Origin: Tricharina praecox
Lineage: Eukaryota
DNA length: 64,000 nucleotides
Direction: 5' to 3'
NCBI RefSeq assembly: GCF_024521635.1
Contig: NW_026250416.1
Coordinates: 620,001 to 684,000, forward strand
Below are positions 1 through 11,202 of the stretch, piece by piece; positions within the stretch are counted from its first letter, which is position 1; every line of letters begins with the position of its first letter. The translations under genes were made by a program, and so were the position numbers. Below the pieces are notes generated by a model, which saw nothing but the letters and a program-made list of their open reading frames with translations, was not told the origin of the DNA and did not search any database.

Positions 1-1
1 C

Positions 2-599
2 CTCGAACCGTACTTTCAGCTGTCGAAGCCGGCGGGCGCCACCGCCGAGAACTCGCTGCTGCTGTTTTATCCGTACATGCTGCACGTGTGGGTGCCGTAC
101 GTGGCTATACGCAAGAAGTATGTTGTTCAAAGCCACATCTCGGGCAACTACTAACCCTCATTTCCAGGCACTGGACAGTAACAATTTCCGCCAGCACCTT
201 CCTGACGATCGTCTTCGGCGGGACCCCCCTCATGAGCGCCGTTCTCTCGCACGAGAGCCGTATCCACCAGACCAGCACATTCGACCTCGTCCGCGGCACG
301 TTTCTGGCCGCAGACGCGCAGCCCACAAACCTCACCACCATGTTTTCGTACGTGGCGTACAGCCCACAAACCTCACCACCATGTTTACGTACGTGGCGTA
401 CAGCCACCAGTACCTCTCCGGGAAGTTGCCGGAGTTTACGACGCCGGAACACGCGGTGCTGCCGTTCGCGCCGGAGGCGAAGGCCGACATGCCCGGCACT
501 AACTGGGCCGCCAATATTGTACCACCCGCTACGAGGCATATCTCGACTGTGAGCCCGCGGGCTTCGACGAACCGGGGAGGGGTTGGACGAGAAACATGA
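2..599 (+). pseudogene. Disrupted DUF3433-like fungal membrane protein gene (5' part lies outside the window)
   Basis: Frame 2 from base 2 reads LEPYFQLSKPAGATAENSLLLFYPY. An intron (gtatgt at ~118, ctaac, cag at ~168) is followed by RHWTVTISASTFLTIVFGGTPLMSAV...YVAYSHQYLSGKLPEFTTPEHAVLPF...NW..TTRYEAYLDC. The frame is broken by a 41-bp tandem duplication (319-400) and a second frameshift near 515-520. Confidence 0.65.
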
Positions 600-1426
600 C
601 CGGGCGGAATTGGGTGGCGCAGTCGGGCGACTGTTCGGTTGACAACTCGCAGGTGTGGCGGGAGTCCGCCAAGTATTCGCCGTGGTACTCATCGCTGCTC
701 AATGCTACTTGAGTGTGTGTCTTGAGATTTTTGGCGCATAGCATAGCGGTGCATAACTGATCCAGAAACATAGCCTTCGGGAGTACATACCTGGTACTTA
801 TACTGATAGCCATCTCACTGTTCATGAAGCACACCTCCGGTAAAACGTAATCCCAAGGATATGCCCAAGGACTGCATGCTCGAGGGTGACGGCTCAAACT
901 GAGAGTATGCCGTTGTCGTTGCCGGTTGGTGATATGTTTGGTCAACCATGACCACTCGATGATGTTGGGGAAACATGTGGGTAAGTGGAAAGTGGGGGTG
1001 GTGCTACACACTACTATATACCTGGTTAGTACCGTCGGCTATCTGGAGTGGTACAGCCCTTTAGTTCGACTATTTGCTGGCACCAGACTGAAGGAAACCG
1101 GACATGTGCGTGATGCTCCTCTTGAACTTCAAGCCGGAGCGGCGGGTACTACAATACCATGCGTCGTTCCACTGATTTCTAAAAGAAACGACCGAGCTGC
1201 GTATTCGACATGCTCTTTGGACGGGCCTTGTGCCACGAGATCTTTAATCGCTATCGTCGTTAAGTATTGGCCGGGAGATCACACACAGACATGCAGTGTA
1301 GGTATGTAGCACAAGAAAAGCAAGGATAATTCTCAGCCCGCATGATCCCGCCAGCGAGCAATCAGTTCAACATACAATTCCATCGTGAGCTCTCCATCCT
1401 TCCTGCCAGCACTCCCCATCATCACG

Positions 1427-3468
1427 ATGCACTTCCATCTCCCCCTCCTCCTCTGCGCCCTCCTTTCTATCCCCCTCTGCGAGGCCGCAACACCGGAGCA
1501 ATGGCGCACCCGCTCCATCTACCAAGTACTAACCGACCGCTTCGCCGTAGCCAACGGCTCTTCCACGCGGCCGTGCGATACGGGGGCGCGCCAGTACTGC
1601 GGCGGGAGCTATCGCGGCATCGTCGAGCAGCTCGATTACATCCAGGGGATGGGGTTCACCGCTGTCGGTAACCCGTGTTGCTGTTGCTGTTGGAGACTTG
1701 GAGTGAGTGCTAGCTAACACTAACTATGCACGGCAAAGATCTGGATCTCCCCCGTGGTCAAGAACATCGACGGCCGCACTGGCTGGGGCGAGGCGTTCCA
1801 TGGCTACTGGGCCCAGGACATCGCGCAGCTCAATCCGCATTTCGGAACCGCCGCGGAGCTGGCAGAGTTGAGTGATGCGTTGCATGCACGTGGGATGGTG
1901 GGTGCTGTGCTGTGCTGTGATATTACTCTAGTTATGTTCTGCATGCAGTGGTGCAGGCGGACGCTGATGTTTGTGTTGTGTGTGTCGCCGTAGTATCTGA
2001 TGGTCGACGTCGTACCGAATCATTTCGCACATGCCGGGGATGTGGAGGCAGTGGCGTATGAGGGCTTTGGTGCTCCCTTCAATAAAAAGAGCGCGTTCCA
2101 TAAGCATTGCTGGATCACGGATTATGATGATCAGGAGATGGTCGAGAATGTACGCATGCTACCTGGGTACTTCTGAGCTGGGGCATGAGATGAAATGCTG
2201 ACGGTGTGTACGGTAGTGCTGGCTTGGTGATAAGAAGGTTGCGTTGGTGGATGTCGATACCACGCTGCCGTGGGTACAGGAGACAATGAACTCGTGGGTC
2301 AAGGAGCTGGTCGAGACTTATCGGAGTGAGTTCCCATGCGCCGTGGGTGGGATATCCATGCTGACCGAATCAAGTTGATGGACTTCGAATCGACACGGCC
2401 AAGCACATGGGGCAGCAATTCCTGTATAGCTTCAATGCTGCAGCTGCAGTTTTTTCGATGGGCGAGGTCTATCATGAGGATCCAGGATATACCTGTCAAT
2501 ATCAGAATGCCGTTGACGGCCTATTGAACTATCCGATGCAAGACCTCTCTCCCGACGCTGGCTCTCTGAACTCTGGGCTGATCTCAATAGCTGGTATTCA
2601 CTTACCAGCGTCTTCCAGTCGACGAGGGGTGATATCCTCCGGCTCACCATGATGATCAATGTGATGCGCGACTACTGCCTGGTATCCATCCCTCACATGC
2701 CCATAGTCCATCGCTTTCCTATATTGACGGGGCTCAGGACACCAACCTTTTTGGCACCTTCTCGGAGAACCACGACCAGGCGCGCTTCCCCTCGCTCACC
2801 AGCGACCAATCTGTACGTCGTTACCCCACCTCACTGCGTCTACCCTACTAACCGCACCATCGCAGCTCATCACGAACGCCCTAACCTTCACCCTAATACA
2901 CGACGGCATCCCAATAATCTACGCGGGACAAGAACACCAATTCTCGGGCAAGAACGATCCCTACAACCGCGAAGCCCTCTGGCACACGGGGTTCTCACGG
3001 GACAGTCCGCACTACCGACTGATCTCCAAGCTCAACGCCTTCCGCGCGGCTCAGCCTTACAGCTACTTCACGGACAAAGCGCGGGTGATCCACATCGCAC
3101 CACCGCACACATTCGCGTTGCGCAAGGGGCCCGCCGTCAGTATCCTCACCAACCTCGGCGCGCGCTCGGGCCGCAAGTGGATCACCCTGCCTAAGGGAAG
3201 GACCGGCTGGATGCCGGGCAGCTGGGCCGCGGATATCCTCAACTGCTATATCACACGCGTCAAGTTCAATGGGTACGTCGACGTCAGGATCGATAATGGT
3301 AGGCCGAGGGTGTTGTACCCACTACTGGACCTGCATGAGATGGGCTTTTGTAGGGATATTGCGGTCCCGGCTATAGGTTGGTTGGAAATTTTGGTTAATT
3401 GGATAGGTGGGTGGAGTTGGTGGGGCTTGGGGGCGGCGGCGGTGGGGTGGAAGAGGAAAGAACTTTGA
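1427..3468 (+). CDS. Alpha-amylase, GH13 (Taka-amylase type), multi-exon, with signal peptide and C-terminal hydrophobic tail
   Basis: Signal peptide [61 protein letters not shown]. Conserved regions are intact: [37 protein letters not shown]. Also [11 protein letters not shown] and NREALW. About 7 introns. Confidence 0.95.
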
Positions 3469-3674
3469 TGCCGTGGGGGTTGGGTGGTTGGTGATATGAG
3501 ATATACGAGATACACGAGTAGCTATTTGGAGTGGTTGGCATATATGAGAGTAGAATCTAAAGGATCTGCGAGAATGAGATTCCAATTTCAAAGGCTGAGC
3601 TGCACGAAACCTCCGATCAATCAGGGCCTGAAGCTCTCGCAGCACTCATTCAAGCACCCGAGAGAGAGAGAATA

Positions 3675-3857
3675 TCAATTGGTTTTGCATACAGCCATTC
3701 CAAGCTATGGCAAACCTGAATAGGTAACCCAGCCTTTCCTACCCGCTCCACGGAGCCTGGAGGGTCATCCAAACTTCAACGCCTCAGTTTCTACCGACCA
3801 ACTTCCAAGAGCAATAGGCGTGACGAGTGACCTTTAGTGAATACGCTTTTGTCAACC
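3675..3857 (+). repeat. Dispersed ~180-bp repeat, copy A (inverted copy at 12880-13054)
   Basis: The reverse complement aligns with 12880-13054, sharing blocks such as aaaagcgtattca, tgctcttggaagttgg, agaaactgaggcgttgaagt, aaggctggg.tacctattcaggtt and tgtatgcaaaac. Confidence 0.85.
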
Positions 3858-5654
3858 TCGCAACGCAAGTTCTCAACGCAAGTTCGCAACGCAGCCAACG
3901 CGCGGGACAAGCTCAATCGCGATCCTACCTGCTCCGCACGATGGTTTTAACTTTCAACTTTCTCGAAATAGGCGAGCCTCCTGCCAACAAGGAGCACTGC
4001 TGCTGCAATGGTGGTGGTGGTGGTGGTGGTGGTGAAGGGTAGTAACTCGTTCTATCGAGTTTCATCCTGATTCCTCACAGAAGCGGCAATCTAAGTACAT
4101 AAGTAAACATCGACTTGCTCGAAATAACTCCGCTATTACAACTCGTCCTTTTTCTTCACGGCCAACTGACGGAACATCCATGGGAAACACAATGGGAAAC
4201 ACTACTGGAATAGAAACGGGGCTGTCAGTGAGCCGCTCTACTCGCCCCATTCGATGTCATGGAAGTAACAAGTTGGAGCACATTGCTCGTGGGTGGCAGA
4301 ACAAAAGCCTCGCAATTTCAGCAATTATAGCGATCAGCTTGACGTGCGCGGGCGCCCGCGAGCCCGTGTTTCAGCGCACACTTAACAACAATGGCTCATT
4401 ACCGACAGGAGTCAGGAGTCAGGACTGGGACGAGTGAGACGGCGTGATCGCCGCTGCCTCCGACACGCGAGTCGCGACAGTCAGGGCGGAATTAGAACTA
4501 GAACTGGGTACGCAAGAATAGCGCTCGATTCGCGGCGCCGCCGGTGAGTCTTCTGTCTTCTGTCGCGGCGGGCACCAACGCGGACTCAGTGCTCACGTCG
4601 CACCGACCGGCGACCGGCGACAGCAGGCTGACTGCACTCTACCAACTATATCTACTCGAGCGAGGCTTCAATTCGGTTCGGTTCGGTGAGGGGTGACTGC
4701 TACATACCTCCTCCCTAGTAGACTTGGATTGAGTCAACAAGTCACGGGTGGGTGGGTGGTGTCTGTCTCTCCTCTCTTCTCTTTCGGCCTCGAATCGCCC
4801 ATTCAACGAGGGTTGTTTCCCAGTTCCCGAATCACCGCCCTTCCTTCGCTGCCTCGCTGCTGCGCTGCGGCCAGCTGGTGAGTGGTGAGTAGTGAGGGGC
4901 CAACTTCCAAGGCACAGACCCGCCGCCTGCCGCCGGCTGAATCCCATACATCCTACATACATGATAGATGATAGGATCCGCAGTCGCCCCGCAATGCAAT
5001 TAATCGAAACATGTTACATCAGGCAAAACACTGGGCTGCGCATGTGGAGTAGGCATGTGCAAAACGGAGATGGACTGTGCGTAGAGTACCTGGAGTGCAT
5101 AACTACCTTGCAGCCGAGGTCCGTGTCTCTGTCTCAGCCACACCTCTGCCACCATGCATAGGGCAGCCCAGTCCAGCCCAGCCTCGCACGCTCAGCCACG
5201 CGCAAGGAACGCGCAAGGAATGAAACAAACTCCGGCTCAGGGTAGTTACTATACTCCAGATGCAACCATAGATGATGTTAGATCTACCAGTCCCCTACCC
5301 AGCCAGATCTCGCCGAACTCCCTGCTCCCTGCTCCGTAACTCCGGTCGCGGCTCCAGTTGCCCCGGTTTCAACTTTCTCTTTGGCTCTGGGCTGTGCTGG
5401 GCTGTGGGCGGTGGGCTGTTTTCGTCTCCGATACCTACTCTACCCAGAGTAGAGTACTCTAGATACTCTATCCGAGGTGTCACTGACTGACCGGCCGAAC
5501 CGTGAACGAGCGAGGCACCTGGCACGCAGGCACGCAGATAGAGTGCGGAACGTACGTACGTAGGGTCGGTACGTACTCATGTAGGTACAAAGTGGTGAGA
5601 CTCGAGACTTGAGGGGATGGGATTCGTTCGTTCGTTTGTTCGTACTCTAAATAA

Positions 5655-6107
5655 GGGCCCGTTTGGAACTTTGGATAGGCTCACTTCACTTTTCAGGTCC
5701 AGTTTTAGAGCCAGATCCAGTCCCCTAGGGCCTACCGGGACACCGAATAGGTACGGTCGAGTTTCGGTTTCAGCTTCTGTTACCGGAAAACATTGAGGTG
5801 GATAGAGGGTTGTGTTTGGCAGTTCTCAGTATAGGTGCCTACTCAGCCACAACTTAAGTCTGAATAGGTAATAGGCTTCACCAGAACTTTAATAGTAGAC
5901 ACCTTTTTTCTCTTCCCCGTGCACGGGCCTCAGTGAAGACACCAGACCAGCTCCAGCCCATGGTTGAAGTTAAAATGCGGTGTGGTGAAGAAACTGACCT
6001 CTACTCCAGACTCCATGTAGAGGTCAGTTCCCGTTTCATCGCCGGAGCCGCACAGTTTCAGAGCTTCAGTTTTTTCCCCGAAGCTTTTGTGTTATCCAAA
6101 CGGGCCC
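5655..6107. mobile_element. PIF/Harbinger (Tourist-like) MITE, 453 bp
   Basis: Perfect 13-bp TIRs GGGCCCGTTTGGA (5655-5667) and TCCAAACGGGCCC (6095-6107), flanked on both sides by TAA (5652-5654 and 6108-6110). No transposase ORF. Confidence 0.85.
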
Positions 6108-8104
6108 TAAATGGGTGGACGGATCCCGTGAAACGTGTAGGATTTGAATCAAAACGATTGGTTGAGCTCCAGAGTCCAGAGTCCATCCGACTCAGCATGT
6201 GCTCAAAGCCTCGAATAGGTGCTCGAAGGATCTATAAATTCCATCGCGCATACCAGCCTACCACTGACCAGCCATCACGTTCACCTCGACCTTCCCATCT
6301 CGCCCGAAGCAGCCATGCAGCCCGTGATGACGCCCGCCGCCCGATTCCGAGCGAGCTGTGGGTTATGTATGTCTGTAGTTATTTGAGGGAGATGACAGGG
6401 CATATTCGTGACGTCGCGTTGATTACTCTGGCTGGCGATCCTGTCCCTGCCTGCTGTCTCTGCCTGCTTTCCGCTGTCCCTGCTTTCCGCTGTCCCTGCT
6501 TTCCGCTGTCCCTGCTTTAAAATAAAAAAAACAAGGCGAGCCACCGAAGGCTCGAACTGGCTTGTCGCGTCGGAGCGGATGGGAGAGGATGCAGAGGAGA
6601 GGAAGCGGATTTGGTTCGCCTCCTGCTTTCGACTCCCTTCCCTTCACTTCCCCGCCGATCGCTACCCGCGATCACAGCCGTTGCATGCCGCGACGAGCCC
6701 CCTGTGTATGCAGGGCTTACATAGGAAGAGAAGCCGGAGGGGAAGGGGAAGGGAAGGGGAAGGGGAAGGGGAGGGGGAAAGGGCGCTATTCTTATCCCCC
6801 GGTTATGTACTCTTGTGGGTAGGTTTGGGGCCTGGCATGCTCAATACGGAGAACCCGGGGCAAACACATCACACATGGCTTCAGAATAGTGCAGTAAAGT
6901 GTGATGAAGTGTAGTGTATGTAGAGAGCACTTCCCATCCCTCGACGTGGATACCGGTACTCTGCATAGAGTACCTGTGTACTTGGCCATCTACCCTCGGG
7001 AGATGGAACTGTTGAGCTGATGGCACACACACATCCTACCTACACACCTGCATACATATGCGGAGAACTGCCGTTCGTTCGTTTCGAGGAGTTCAGTTCA
7101 GCGCGGCTCACCACTTCTCCAGAGCCAGAGCAGAGCTGAGAACGAGGCTCACATACATACTATTTTCCAGTCGTGTTTCCGCAGTGTTTCGTGTTGATGA
7201 AATTTCTTCATCGATCGCCTCGGCGGCGACGAATCATCATGGCGGACGCACACATACTCTACATATACATGCATAGCAGGGGGTGGGCAGTTTTTCCGGC
7301 GTCGCTCGTTCGCTCGAATTCCAGAGCGGACGAGGTTCTTCTCGATTTCTCCCGAGTCCCTACTACAGCGCGCGCCACACTCGACGTTTCCTTTCCGTAT
7401 GCGTGCACGGGATGCGACATCGGGTGTCTTGCGTGTTTTGCGTGCTGTGTGTTTTACGTGAGTTCTGGGCGACACGAGGAGAGAGGCAAAACGCGGAGAC
7501 GCACGGATAGATAGCATACGCGGAGTGTTGCGTGGAAGCGAGGGGGATCTGGCGGGAATAGGATCTGGTCAGAGGCGACGGTGTGGCGGTGCAGCGACGA
7601 GCGAGGCGGCGAGACAAGTGTTTCCGCCAGCCGGGTGATGGATGGAGTGGCAGTGCACGTGTGGCGCTACTGCAGCGTTGAGAGAGTGCGCAAGTGCCGC
7701 GTGCCATAGATGGTTAGAGAGTCACTAGTTCCGAGTAGAGTTCCTTCAACGCGAATCGCTCCGACAGACTCAAGCTCCACACTCTATCGCGCAGAGGTTC
7801 TCGATGCTTCTTCCTTCCCCTCCATCGGCTCTCTTTCCTTGCTCGATGCTCGCCTCCCCTCCACCGCTTCGCCTTCCTCGTTCGTCCCCGCCGTCTCCGC
7901 GTCGCCAGCGACATCTTGGTTCTCCACCGCAATCCACATCCCGTCGTCATCGGCCAAGCCCCGCCAAGCCCGCGCATCCCCGCCAGCAAACACCACGCCC
8001 GCGTTCTATTCTTGTCCGAGCCCCAACCTAACGACACCATCCGGCGAGCCATACGACAGCAACGCATCCCTTCCCCTCCTATCCTTCCCATCCTCGCACA
8101 CACC

Positions 8105-9559
8105 ATGCCGCATTCAACCACCACTCACCACCCCCCTCCGATGCAAAAATACTTCGCGCCCCGGCCCCGGCCAACCAGCGCGCGCCTTCCGAAAAACCAA
8201 GGCCTCTTTTACACGAGCGACGCAGCTGCCACCGGTGGTGCCCCACTATGGGAGTGGCCAGCGCTAGAGGTACTAAAGGAAAGCGCTTCCCCCGCCGCCG
8301 TCATGGTCACATCCCACAAACTCAACCCAACTTACAATCCATACTGGCCTCACAGTGGTCCAAAATCACCCGACTCCGCCACCACCACCGAATCCGACAC
8401 CGAATCCGACGATCCCGAAGAGCAGAAGAACAAGAAGAGAAAGAATCTCGCTACCACCACCACCACCACCACCACAAACAACAATAGCAACAACAGCAAC
8501 AATAGCAACAATAGCAACAATAGCAACAATAGCAACAATAGCAACAATAGCAACAATAGCAACAACAACAACAACAACAACAACCACAGCAAAATGCTTC
8601 TCGCCGCACCCCTCGCATACGCCGCACCAGCCGGCGCCACTGCGCGCCCGCGCCCACGGCCCAAGCTCTCTCTCCAGATCACACCACTAACCATCGCGAC
8701 ACCACCCACACCGACGAGCCGCACACCATTCTCCGCGCTCTCGCCGACCAGCCGCAACACACAAATGAACCGGCAAATCACGGCGCCGTCGTCAGCGTCC
8801 TCTGCGTCGAGCAGCTCGTCATCGGACGACTCTCCGGACTCGCCAGACATGAAAGACAAGCGTCGGCGCCGCCGCTACGTCAACAGCAAGAAGGCGATGT
8901 CACTGCACCAGCCGAGCACGCCCGCCGCAAGCTTTATGCCCGCGCGCCAGCCCGAGACCCGCGGACGCGAGCTGTGTCGCGAGCGCCACGTCGGCTTCTG
9001 CGATAACGTCGTCGTCCACTACCTCCCCGAGGAGGAGGAGGAGGAGCAGGACGACTACGAGAAGCCCACGGCTATGGAGCGCGCAAAGGAGCTCGATAGG
9101 CTTAAAGAGTGGGTCAAGGCTCATGGTGAGACTATGGGCGACGATGAGAGCTCCGAGTGGGTGCGGAAGCTGGTAGAGCTGGAGTTGGGCGAGATCGAGA
9201 GGGAGGAGGTCGCCGCTGCCCAATCGCCCGCCGCTGAGAAAAAGACGGAGAAGATCTGGTGCTTGGATACGGACGTGGTCGTCGCTACCCATACGCAGAC
9301 GTTTACCGAAGTGGAGATCGAGATGACGGCTGTCGAGCTGTGCACAAGAAAGGACGAGACCACGTTTAGCGAGCAGAAGGCACTAGCACCCTTCGAGTGG
9401 TGTATGCCCCAGCCGGAAGACGAGAGCATGTCCGCCGAGAAGGATGAGGAGGACGAGGAGGAGGATGAGGACGAGGACGAGGACCAAGTCATGACCTACG
9501 AGAAGCGGTTCGTGTCGTCAGATGACGACGACGAGATGATGAGTCTCGCGCCATGGTAG
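8105..9559 (+). CDS. Intrinsically disordered protein with Asn/Ser tract, RPKLSLQ and SPTxRNT motifs, an RVxF-like motif and an acidic C-terminus
   Basis: Single long open frame (7916-9559) whose first ATG is at 8105. The second half has coding-like codon usage. No catalytic domain recognised and the start is uncertain. Confidence 0.75.
   Translation: MPHSTTTHHPPPMQKYFAPRPRPTSARLPKNQGLFYTSDAAATGGAPLWEWPALEVLKESASPAAVMVTSHKLNPTYNPYWPHSGPKSPDSATTTESDTESDDPEEQKNKKRKNLATTTTTTTTNNNSNNSNNSNNSNNSNNSNNSNNSNNSNNNNNNNNHSKMLLAAPLAYAAPAGATARPRPRPKLSLQITPLTIATPPTPTSRTPFSALSPTSRNTQMNRQITAPSSASSASSSSSSDDSPDSPDMKDKRRRRRYVNSKKAMSLHQPSTPAASFMPARQPETRGRELCRERHVGFCDNVVVHYLPEEEEEEQDDYEKPTAMERAKELDRLKEWVKAHGETMGDDESSEWVRKLVELELGEIEREEVAAAQSPAAEKKTEKIWCLDTDVVVATHTQTFTEVEIEMTAVELCTRKDETTFSEQKALAPFEWCMPQPEDESMSAEKDEEDEEEDEDEDEDQVMTYEKRFVSSDDDDEMMSLAPW
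8453..8590 (+). repeat. Coding microsatellite: (ACC)n, then (AACAATAGC)n and (AAC)n, encoding poly-Thr and an Asn/Ser-rich tract
   Basis: Read directly from the sequence. Confidence 0.95.
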
Positions 9560-10974
9560 TTGGTAGTAGATGGTCGTGTCGCGTCTGGTTGTCTGTCGTG
9601 TTTTCTTCATTTCTTCATTTCTTACATTTCTTACATTTCCTACATCATGTCACGGGCTGGGTCGGAGTTCTTACGGGTTTTTTTTTTGTACACTTTACTC
9701 TTCTTTTACTCTTTCATTTTCCGCTTCGGGATCTTTCTTTCCTTTCTTTTCTTTTTCTTTTCTGGCACTCGCTTCCTTCATACAGGGCTTCTTTTGGATA
9801 CACCGGGCTACGACGTTTTTTTGGAATTGGAATTGGGAGGAGTTTTTGGGGGACAAAGGGATGGGATGGGACTTTTTTGGAGGGGGGGAGGGAGGGGGAC
9901 AAAGGGATGGGATGGGACTTTTTTTGGAGGGGGGGGAGGGGGAAGGGGGAAGGTTCCGTGTGAATATTGGGTCTTTCGTTGAGGCTTGAGACGGCTTCTG
10001 GGTGTTACTTTTTTTCTTTTTTTTTCTTTGAAGATATGTCGTATGATGGCATGTATGTGTCGCTCGTTGGAACTTTGGTTACTTGGGTACATATGAGATG
10101 GATACAATGGATCGATGGATGGATACATTCAATACACGGAATCTGGGGATATTCACACTCATCTTCACTGTTACTTCCTATTCACACTCACTGGCACTGT
10201 TGCTTGGGGCTATTCACACTCATTGTTACTTGGTTCCCTCGAGTCCGAACGATCGTGAGCTCGAGCCAGTCAGATTGGCAAGCAAAACTGGCGAGAAGAG
10301 CTGAGCAATAGGCAGTAGGCAGGGCTGACAAGCGAAATGAGTACTGCTTGCTTACCGGTGCTTGGTACTTGCTTACTTGCTTACTTGCTTGGTTACCTGC
10401 TCGATTACTTGATTACCTGCACAACCGACGCGAACTTTCCACAGCTATCCACGCAGTGGGTTGATCCTCAGTACCTTGGGTGCCTAATGTGGGTAGGTAG
10501 GTAAGTGGGTATGCATGTCGTCATCGGTGGAGTGCTCCACTTCTCCACTTCTCCGCTTTCGAGACTCCGCTTTCTAGAGGACCGGAGGAGCAGAGGACCG
10601 GAGCAGGCAGTGAGCACGAGCATGAGCACGAGCACTCAGCAAGCACCTCCCCCCCCCCCCCCCCATGCTGCTAGTAGGTGTGTGTAAGTGTGTGTAAAGC
10701 AGGGCACGCAAGCACGCAGGTACGCCGAGGCGCGGGGGAAGGGGAGAGGGGGAGAGGGGGAGGGGAGAGTCAGGAGTCAGGAGAGAAGCGGGGGGGAGGG
10801 GAGAGGAGCAGGGGAAGGGGGGTTCCTGATCGGTGTTACCATACGGTATACCCTTTCTACGTCGCCCAGCTTTGGAGATCCTGTTTCTACATTGAAGCCT
10901 GCCATCCTCCCTTCTCGAGCAGAGCGAGCAAAGCAGAGCGAAGCAGAGCAGAGCAGAGCAGAGCGAGTAGAGCA

Positions 10975-11202
10975 GAGCGAGCAGATCAGAGCGAGCAGAT
11001 CAGAGCAGCGCAGAGCGAGCAGATCAGAGCGAGCAGATCAGAGCAGCGCAGAGCGAGCAGATCAGAGCGAGCAGATCAGAGCAGCGCAGAGCGAGCAGAT
11101 CAGAGCGAGCAGATCAGAGCAGCGCAGAGCGAGCAGATCAGAGCGAGCAGATCAGAGCAGCGCAGAGCGAGCAGATCAGAGCGAGCAGATCAGAGCAGCG
11201 CA
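10975..11202. repeat. Minisatellite: six exact copies of a 38-bp unit
   Basis: Unit GAGCGAGCAGATCA-GAGCGAGCAGATCA-GAGCAGCGCA starts at 10975, 11013, 11051, 11089, 11127 and 11165. It is embedded in (GAGCA)n and (GACCA)n runs. Confidence 0.95.

Noticed and set aside
4346-4400. Weak similarity to 12562-12616 (gcgcgggc...cttaa...caatg.gctcatt)
   Set aside because: Short, gapped and GC-rich; could be chance.
8350-8859. Poly-Leu/Val and poly-Cys ORFs on the minus strand
   Set aside because: Antisense shadows of the Asn/Thr microsatellite in the + strand gene.
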